From: Candidatus Eiseniibacteriota bacterium
Lineage (GTDB): Bacteria > Eisenbacteria > RBG-16-71-46
Direction of reading: 5' to 3'
DNA length: 64,000 nucleotides
Assembly: GCA_963776245.1 (NCBI GenBank)
Contig: CAVZLN010000009.1
Span: forward strand, 224,426-288,425
Position numbers and translations under genes: made by a program. Below the pieces are notes generated by a model, which saw nothing but the letters and a program-made list of their open reading frames with translations, made no database searches and was not told where the DNA came from. Positions 56,981-64,000 of this stretch are shown here, in pieces; the first letter of the stretch is position 1; every line of letters begins with the position of its first letter.

Positions 56981-58216
56981 CTAATCGCCCTGCCTCAACC
57001 GCGCCAGCACCTTCAGCCCGCCATAGCCGTCGGCGGGCAGCAGTCCCATCTTGGCCTGGTAGTCCTTCACCGCCTTCATGGTGTCGTTGCCGACGCGGCC
57101 GTCGGTGCCGCCGGTGTCGAAGCCGGCTTTGGTCAGCCGCGTCTGCACCTCCTGCACCTCGGCAAGCGTCAGCGCGCGCTCGGAGCCGGGGAAGGGCTGA
57201 ATGAACGGCGGCGCGCCGAGAATGCGGTCGCCGAGATGGCAGATCGCCAGCGCGTAGTTCATCGACGGGTTGTAGCTTTTCACCGAATAGAAGTTCGGCC
57301 CCAGCAGGAACGCCGGACCGCCGGCGACCGGCACCCACATCTGCGCGGATGCACTCGGCTGCGGGAACGGCTTGCCGTCGGCGCGCGTGACGCCGGCGCT
57401 GGCCCATGCCGCATAGGTCCGGCTGCCGCTCGATGCCCCGCCTGACGCGTTGACCTCATAGCCCCAGTGCTCGCCGCGGTGATACTTGCCGCGGTTGAGC
57501 AGATAGCGCGCGCTGGAGCCGAGCGCGTCGTCGGGCTTGCCGAACGGCGAGACGCGGCCGTCCTTGTCGTAGTCCATGCCGACATTGAGCCAGACTTCCG
57601 GCATCCATTGCGTATGGCCCATCGCGCCGGCCCAGGAGCCGCGCATTTCCTCCGGCGTGCCCCAGCCGCGGTCGACGATCTTCAGCGCGTTGATCAGTTC
57701 GGTTTCCCAATAGGCGCGGCGGCGCGGCTCGTTCCAGGCGAGCGCTGCGAGCGCCGGAAAAACCGGGCGCATATGGTTCTGCTGCACCAGGGGATCGCCA
57801 TAGGCCGATTCAACGCCCCACAGCGCCAGCAGCGTGCCGCGCTCGACGCCAAAATCCTGCTCGATCCGCGCGAACAGCGCCTCGTGCTTCTTCAGCGCCT
57901 CGCGGCCGTTGATGATGCGCCAGTCCGAGGCGCGGCGGTTGATGTATTGCCAGATCTGCTCGTGGAATTCCGGCTGCTTCTGCATCTGCCGGAACACGCT
58001 CATGTCGGGCTCGATGCGGCCCATCACCCGCGTCCAGGTCGCGTCCGAAATGCCTTTTGCCAGCGCGCGCGCGCGAAAATTGTCGCGCCATGCGTCGAAG
58101 CCGGGCGGTGCGGCGGCAAACGCGGCCAGCGGCGTGGCGAGCAGGGCGCCTGCGCCGATGCCGGCCTGCAGCAGGGCGCGGCGGGTCGGGGCGTTCAGGG
58201 AATCAGGCTGTTTCAT
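56981..58216 (-). CDS. Lytic murein transglycosylase (MltB family) with PG-binding domain
   Basis: TRRALL Tat-like; WGVESAYG, GSWAGAMG, YNPSMNYA; DGRVGNDT. Confidence 0.93.
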   Translation of the reverse strand: MKQPDSLNAPTRRALLQAGIGAGALLATPLAAFAAAPPGFDAWRDNFRARALAKGISDATWTRVMGRIEPDMSVFRQMQKQPEFHEQIWQYINRRASDWRIINGREALKKHEALFARIEQDFGVERGTLLALWGVESAYGDPLVQQNHMRPVFPALAALAWNEPRRRAYWETELINALKIVDRGWGTPEEMRGSWAGAMGHTQWMPEVWLNVGMDYDKDGRVSPFGKPDDALGSSARYLLNRGKYHRGEHWGYEVNASGGASSGSRTYAAWASAGVTRADGKPFPQPSASAQMWVPVAGGPAFLLGPNFYSVKSYNPSMNYALAICHLGDRILGAPPFIQPFPGSERALTLAEVQEVQTRLTKAGFDTGGTDGRVGNDTMKAVKDYQAKMGLLPADGYGGLKVLARLRQGD

Positions 58217-58284
58217 GCCAGGCAGTCTAGCGGCGCGGCGGGCCCGCGCCAAAAGCCATGACGCCGCGGGAACCGGCGATTCCC

Positions 58285-58886
58285 TCACAAATCCGCGGCG
58301 ATTCTGGCCAGCCAGCGGCGGATCACGGTCTGTGCCTTGGCGGAGAGCCCGGCCGCCAGCCGCCGCTCGATCGCATCGGCGTGCCGCCGGCACTGCTCGA
58401 GCAGGGCCGCGCCCCGCCGCGTCACCGTCCACTGCAGCACCCGGCCATGGATCGGGTGCGGGGTCTTCTCTGATGGCGCCGTCGCGCTCGAGATTGCGGA
58501 TGATGACGCCGACGGTCTGCGGCGTCTGCAGCGCCACCCGCGCGAGGTCGGCGCCGGACAGGCCGGGATAGGCGCGCAGCATGGTCAGCACCACGAATTG
58601 CGGCGAGGTGACGCCGAGGTCGGCCAGCGCCCGCTCCATCGCCAGCCGCGTCGCGGCCTGGGCCTGGCGCAGCAGGTAGGCGAGGTAGCCTTGCTCGCCG
58701 CGCTTGCCCTGGCCGGGCGGCGGCGGGCGGATCGCGGCGCGCACGGGATTTTCGGCGGATTGTTTCGCGACGTCTGGCAGGCGTTTTTCGCACGGCCATT
58801 TTTCGGCGATTATTCGGTTCTTCGGCCCGTGCTTTTTGCGGCCGATGCGATGCCGGCTTTGCCGAAGTTCCGATCTTGCGCGGCAT
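58285..58886 (-). CDS. MarR-family regulator (indels; start uncertain)
   Basis: LAYLLRQ...LGVTSPQFVVL...SGADLAR...NLERDG / HPIHGRVLQWTVT. Confidence 0.85.
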
Positions 58887-58920
58887 ATCAGTGCTCTTAT
58901 AATAAATCAGAGCACTGATA
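58886..58920. promoter_or_regulatory. Inverted-repeat operator between divergent marR and ahpD-like genes
   Basis: TATCAGTGCTCT-N11-AGAGCACTGATA. Confidence 0.75.
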
Positions 58921-58937
58921 ACATGAGGCAATCGACA

Positions 58938-59417
58938 ATGTCACACGCCCGCAAAGAGTACAAGGATTTCATGGCGCTGACGCCGGACGCCTACGCGGCC
59001 GTGCTGGCGCTCGGCCAGGTCGCGGGCAAGGCCGGCATGGACAAGCAACTGCTCGAACTGATCAAGCTGCGCGCCTCGCAGATCAACGGCTGCGCCTTCT
59101 GCGTGCAGTATCACATCCTGGAAAGCGAGAAGCTCGGCGTGCCCGCCGACAAGCTCAACCTGGTGGTGGTCTGGCGCGAGGCGCCGCAGTTTTCGCCGCG
59201 TGAGCGCGCGGCGCTGGCCTGGACGGAGGCGCTGACCTTGCTCAGCGACGGCGTCAGCGACGAGGTCTATGCGCAGGCGAGCGCGGAGTTTTCGGAAAAG
59301 GAACTCGCCTATCTCACGTCGGCGGTCGCCTCGATCAATGTCTGGAACCGGTTCGGCGCAGCGTTCCGCTGGACGCCGCCGGCGCGCAAGACCGCGGTAG
59401 GCGCGGCGGCTTCGTAA
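58938..59417 (+). CDS. Carboxymuconolactone decarboxylase/AhpD-family protein
   Basis: ELIKLRASQINGCAFCVQYH, ERAALAWTE, INVWNR. Confidence 0.93.
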   Translation: MSHARKEYKDFMALTPDAYAAVLALGQVAGKAGMDKQLLELIKLRASQINGCAFCVQYHILESEKLGVPADKLNLVVVWREAPQFSPRERAALAWTEALTLLSDGVSDEVYAQASAEFSEKELAYLTSAVASINVWNRFGAAFRWTPPARKTAVGAAAS

Positions 59418-59426
59418 GGCCGAGAA

Positions 59427-61012
59427 TTAGTTCTCCCTGCCTTCGCTGTGACGCAGAACATCCTCCGGCAACGCGTGCACCACGGCGGCGACGGCGCGAT
59501 CGGAGGATCGGTGCCGATCTCGCGGCCGCGGCCGCGGATCAGCCGTTCATAGGACGCGATCAGGGTGGTGTAGGGGTTGACCCAGATCCAGCCGTCGCGC
59601 GTGAACACCTGCACGTCGAAGTGAAGGTGGTACGAGGTGCCGTTCGGGAAATCGAGATAGTTGGAGACCACGCCGATCTTTTCGCCCTCGGCGACCCGGC
59701 GGCCGTTGAGGATGCCGTCCGCATCCATGGCCGACGGGTTCATGTGCATGTAGCGAAAGCGGATGTGCTCGTTGCTTGTGTTGATCTGCAGCGTTGCCGC
59801 CTGCTGCTTCGGTGAGCGGATCAGGATGCCGTCGCGGACGGCGACGACGGCCTGCTTCCTCGGATGGCAACTGCTTTCGCTGTTGCTGTTCGGCGGGCAG
59901 GGGGCGGGGCGGATGTCCTGGCCCTGGTGCCCGAAGCCGGCGGCGCATTGCCCGACCTGGAAGCTGCGGGCTTCGCAAAAATTGTCCCGCCACGGATAGA
60001 CGCCGCGGCCCACTTCGCCGAATTTTTCCTGCCGAAGGATTGCGAGCGGATGGCGGCCGGGGCTTTCTCGAGCGGAAAACGGATTTGCGAATAGGCGGCG
60101 AAATCGGCGCGTCCGCCGCGCCGGCGCACGCTGCTGCGGGCGATGATGTCGCCGCCCGGGTAATAGGTGAAGTCGGGCGAAACCGCCGTCGGCCGTTCAG
60201 CGATCTCGGACGAAATGTCGTGGCGCGGCCGCGCCGGTTGTCCGCCGGCGATGCGCAAGGCTTTCAGAAAGCGCTCGGCAACGGGATAGGCCTCGCGGCA
60301 GGCCAGCCGCCGCGCCCGCGGCGTCGAGTTCGAGACACTGGATCGACACCACATAGGGCACGCCGAAGCGCGTGAAGGCGTAGCGCACATAGCCTTCACG
60401 GATGAAGCGGCGCATGTCGGGGAATTGCGCCGCCAGCGCCTTGACCGGCTCGCCCTTGCCGCCAAGCGGATCGGCGAGGTCGTAGACGAGGATCGAGCCG
60501 GTGATCTGCACTTCGACCGGCCTGGCGAAGGTTCGCGAGCCGCCCGCGCCGGGATGCAGCGAAAACACCGCGTCGTAGCCGGCCGGACCGGCGTGAAACA
60601 GGTCTGCGGGGCGGAAATCGGCCTGGTAGCGCGACAGCGGCAAGCTGCGTGCCGTCGGCCTGGCCTTCGAGGTAGCCTGCGGTATCGAACGGCAACAATA
60701 CCGGCACCGGACTGCGTCCGATCCCGGCGAACAGGCCTGCGTTGATGGCGTTCAGTTGCACCAGCGCCGGCGTCGAGCGCGGATCCCATGCCGGCACGCG
60801 CCGCTGGCCGGCGAACGTAAATCGGGAAGCGATCGCCGGGCGGGTGCGCGATCTCGGTGCGGAGCTGATCGACAACCGCCCGCCATTCGACGCGGACGGC
60901 CGTGATCGACGGCGTCCTGAACTCTTCGGCGGCGGCGCCGGTGAGCCCGGCTGCGAGCAAACAAAGGGCTGCCAGCCAACGCGTGAGCAAGCGGACAGCC
61001 CTCGGTATTCAA
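59427..61012 (-). CDS. Secreted M23-family peptidase-like protein (several indels)
   Basis: GHQGQDIR, AVRDG, RYMHM, YHLHFD, WVNPY. Confidence 0.8.
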
Positions 61013-61143
61013 TGCATCGCCCCCCGGCGTGCCCTAATTCCAGAGTATCGGTTCTGATTGAAGCAGAACCGAGCTCTAACTTGTTGTTTTGACGCGCGTT
61101 CTCACGCGCACCACTACGCACTTCGCTAAACAGTGCGCGGTGC

Positions 61144-61710
61144 TTAATCCTTTGCGCGCTCGACGTAAGAGCCATCCTCGGTCATGACCACGATCCGCGT
61201 TCCCGTTCCGATGTGCGGCGGCACTGCGGTGCGAACGCCGTTGGAGAGGATAGCAGGTTTGTAGGAGGAAGACGCGGTCTGTCCCTTGGTGACCGGCTCG
61301 GTCTCCACGACTTCGAGCGTCGCGCGCTGCGGGAGCTGGATCGCGACCGGATTTATGTCGTGAAGCGACAGCTTCACGGTCATGTTCTCCTGCAGATAGG
61401 GCGCGGACGAACCGACGATTTCCTTGGAGACCTGGACCTGGTCGTAGGTCTCGGCATTCATGAAATGGAAGCCGTCGGCATCTTCATAGAGGTAATTGAA
61501 ATTGTGATCCTCGACGGTCGCCTTCTCGACCTGGTCGGTGGTCTTGTAGCGTTCCGAAATCTTCACGCCATCGCCAATCCGGCGCATTTCGATCTGGCTG
61601 ACCGGAGTTCCCTTGCCGGGATGGATGTTTTCGGCGGTGAGGACGACGTAAAGCCGGCCGTCCTGCTCGATGATGTTGCCCTTGCGAATAGAACTGGCGA
61701 TGACTTTCAA
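61144..61710 (-). CDS. efp: Elongation factor P (TTG start)
   Basis: [37 protein letters not shown]. Confidence 0.97.
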   Translation of the reverse strand: MKVIASSIRKGNIIEQDGRLYVVLTAENIHPGKGTPVSQIEMRRIGDGVKISERYKTTDQVEKATVEDHNFNYLYEDADGFHFMNAETYDQVQVSKEIVGSSAPYLQENMTVKLSLHDINPVAIQLPQRATLEVVETEPVTKGQTASSSYKPAILSNGVRTAVPPHIGTGTRIVVMTEDGSYVERAKD

Positions 61711-61876
61711 AGCTGTTTTCCTGAATTTCTGGCCTTCGGCCAATCCGGACATGGGCGTCCGCGGGGCCGATCGGGCGGTTTCGGGCTGCAACATACTGAT
61801 TTTGCCCGTCGATGCCAGCGTTTTGCCGCCATTCCGGAGGGATGCCTGAGGCCGTAACGGCCCTATTTCGCCGGGC

Positions 61877-62611
61877 TTATCGGCGGCGGCGGTCGGGGAA
61901 CTCGACCGCCTTGGCGTTGTGGTCGGCGAAATCGGAGGGAATCGAGAATTGCCCGGTTTTCGTATCGAAGACACAGCGCCAGCCGTCGATCCAGGGTAGC
62001 GGCTTGTCCTCACCCTGTGAATTGAACGAAAGGGTGAGCACGATATAGCGGCTGTCAGGCCAATGCTTTCCCATCCCGGCGTAATTGATCGTCCATCCCC
62101 TGGACCAGATGGACCTGCAGGTGATTGAGCGAATCGCGATCCCTGGATTTCCGATGCATCTTCCTGGACACCGGCTGGGTGAAGAAATAGTCCCAGGCCA
62201 TGTCGCCCAAGGGCTTCGGCGTCGCCGGTGAAAATTGATCGCCAGTCCGCCGGTACAGAAACAGCGTGTGATAGCCTGCGCCGAGCTTCTGCATCCGCAC
62301 CAGCCATTGGCTGTTGCGGCTAAATCGAAATCCGGCGGGGTAGCCGGCAAGATCGGTGTCTTCGTCGCGGTTCAGCAGCGCGCCGTGCTGATGCTTCTCG
62401 TCGAAGGTCCAGAACTGGTACACGCGATCGTATTCGCCCTTCTTCTTCGAATATTGTTCAACGCGTACCTGGCCATCGGGCGAGGTGAACGCGTGGTCCG
62501 CATCCGGCAGCCGTGTCAATTCGCTGCCAGGGCTGTCGGCGCTGGCAGCGTTGCCGTGACCAGTGCCATTAACAAAAGAATTGCAGTTCTTCCCAACCAG
62601 CCGCCAGACAT
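61877..62611 (-). CDS. Secreted hypothetical protein (indels)
   Basis: Signal peptide, then [35 protein letters not shown] in shifting frames. Confidence 0.65.
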
Positions 62612-62867
62612 GCTCGTATCCTGTTGCAAATTCTGGCCATTGGACTGCGAGCGGGCCGGAAGGTTCAGCACCCGGCCTCGGCCATCGAGCGGAATGGACA
62701 AGGTGAGCGGGTTTCGCCATGACAGGATGGATGAAGCGCGGGACGTTGCCGCCTCATGGCGGAATCGCATGAGAAAGTCGAACGATTTCAATGGCATTTG
62801 CCGATTCCTTGAATGCCTGTTCAGGCTCCGCGGAAAGCGCTCCGTGGCTGAGCAAGGACCGTTGCTG

Positions 62868-63921
62868 ATGGTCGGGACCGACCAGCCGTCGCCATGGTGG
62901 TCGCCAGCGCGGCACGCCGACCGAAAGCCGTTCCTGATGGCGCGAGGCGCGATCACGAGGGCGGTGCGGGGCTGGTTCGACGAGCAGGGGTTTACCGAGG
63001 TCGAGACCGCCATCCTCCAGATCTCGCCGGGCAACGAGACGCATCTGCATGCGCCGCGCACCGAGACTGACCGGCGGCGACGGCACGCGCGCGACGCGCT
63101 ATTTGCGGACGTCGCCGGAGTTCGCCGCCAAGAAACTGCTCGCCGCCGGTGAAGCCAAAATATTCGAGTTCGCGCGCGTGTTCCGCGACCGCGAGCGCGG
63201 CGATCTGCATCTGCCCGAATTCACGATGCTGGAATGGTACCGCGCGGAAGCGAGCTACGATGCGGTCATGGCCGACACCATCGTCGTGATCGCGCATGCG
63301 GCGCAGGCGACCGGAATCGGCCGGTTTTCGTTCCGGGGCAGAACGGCCGATCCCTTCGCCGAGCCGGAATTGTTGACGGTGGCGGCGGCGTTCGAGCGCT
63401 TTGCCGGCATCGATCTGTTGGCCACGGTCACGAATGGCGAGGGCGACCGCGCGGCGCTTGCGGCCGCGGCGAGCGCGCGGGTGCGGATCACCGATGACGA
63501 CACCTGGTCGGACATTTTCAGCAAGGTGCTGGTCGAGCATGTCGAACCGAAACTGGGGCAGGGGCGTTTGACCGTCTTGTTCGAATATCCGGCGCCGGAA
63601 GCAGCGCTGGCGCGGACGAAGGCGGCCGATCCGCGGGTCGCCGAACGGTTTGAGGTCTATGCCTGCGGCGTCGAGCTTGCCAACGGGTTCGGCGAACTGA
63701 CCGACGCCGCCGAGCAGCGCCGCCGTTTCGCCGCTGCCATGGACGAGAAGGAGCGGCGCTATGGCGAGCGCTACCCGCTCGATGAGGATTTTCTCGCAGC
63801 CGTTGCCGCGATGCCGCCGTCGAGCGGCGTCGCACTCGGTTTCGATCGGCTGGTGATGCTGGCCAGCGGCGCGCTGCGGGTCGATCAGGTGGTGTGGACG
63901 CCACCGGCAGGAGAGACATGA
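62868..63921 (+). CDS. epmA: EF-P lysine aminoacylase EpmA (frameshift near 63068)
   Basis: GFTEVET...SPGNETHL / YLRTSPEFAAKKLLAAG, PEFTMLEWYR, ELANGF, GVALGFDRL. Confidence 0.95.
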
Positions 63922-64000
63922 ACAGGATAGATCCGAAACTGGCGGCAACGCTGCGGCAGCCCGCCGAGCTTGTCGAGCGCGGGTTCGGGCGAAGGCTATC
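63918..64000 (+). CDS. epmB: Probable lysine 2,3-aminomutase EpmB, N-terminal fragment
   Basis: ATGA overlap with epmA; TLRQPAELVERG; usual efp/epmA/epmB synteny. Confidence 0.6.
   Translation, partial: MNRIDPKLAATLRQPAELVERGFGRRL

Noticed and set aside
56981..58744. MarR-transglycosylase fusion (587-aa ORF)
   Set aside because: Frameshift in marR; the transglycosylase has its own start and signal at 58216
61144..62307. N-terminally extended EF-P (387 aa)
   Set aside because: EF-P homology starts at TTG 61710; the extension is an off-frame reading of the neighbouring gene

Overview
The window looks like two unrelated genomes joined at about 51,317-51,321. Left part (1 to ~51,317): a very GC-rich bacterium, inferred to be a Ca. 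Eisenbacteria/FCB-associated lineage from its secreted proteins with FlgD-Ig and 'WGRIKxxYR' C-termini and a PorV-like barrel. It carries an Alternative Complex III operon (actABCDEF) followed by tRNA-Leu(UAA), an M48 peptidase, moeB, a split pentose-phosphate cluster (glk, tkt, tal-pgi / gnd, zwf, pgl), fumC, an NDH-2-like gene, two hybrid histidine kinases and an accessory block of secreted/envelope genes. Right part (~51,320-64,000): less GC-rich and Bradyrhizobium-like (recJ, SDR, MltB-family transglycosylase, MarR/AhpD pair, M23 peptidase, efp, epmA, epmB start, palindromic intergenic repeats). Indels cluster in patches and create false fusions. Best candidates for something new: (i) a ~270-nt promoter-to-terminator unit at 42.4-42.75 kb with a perfect extended match to the 16S anti-SD tail and a 14-codon ORF; (ii) a PorV-like barrel fused to a transglutaminase-like domain and TPR, coupled to a CTD-bearing cargo gene; (iii) a short C-terminal 'WGRIKT(L/M)YR' tag on two unrelated secreted proteins; (iv) apparently leaderless promoters; (v) a Xis/BldC-like HTH operon with 10-bp-phased upstream repeats. 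All family calls come from motif recognition by eye; no searches were run.
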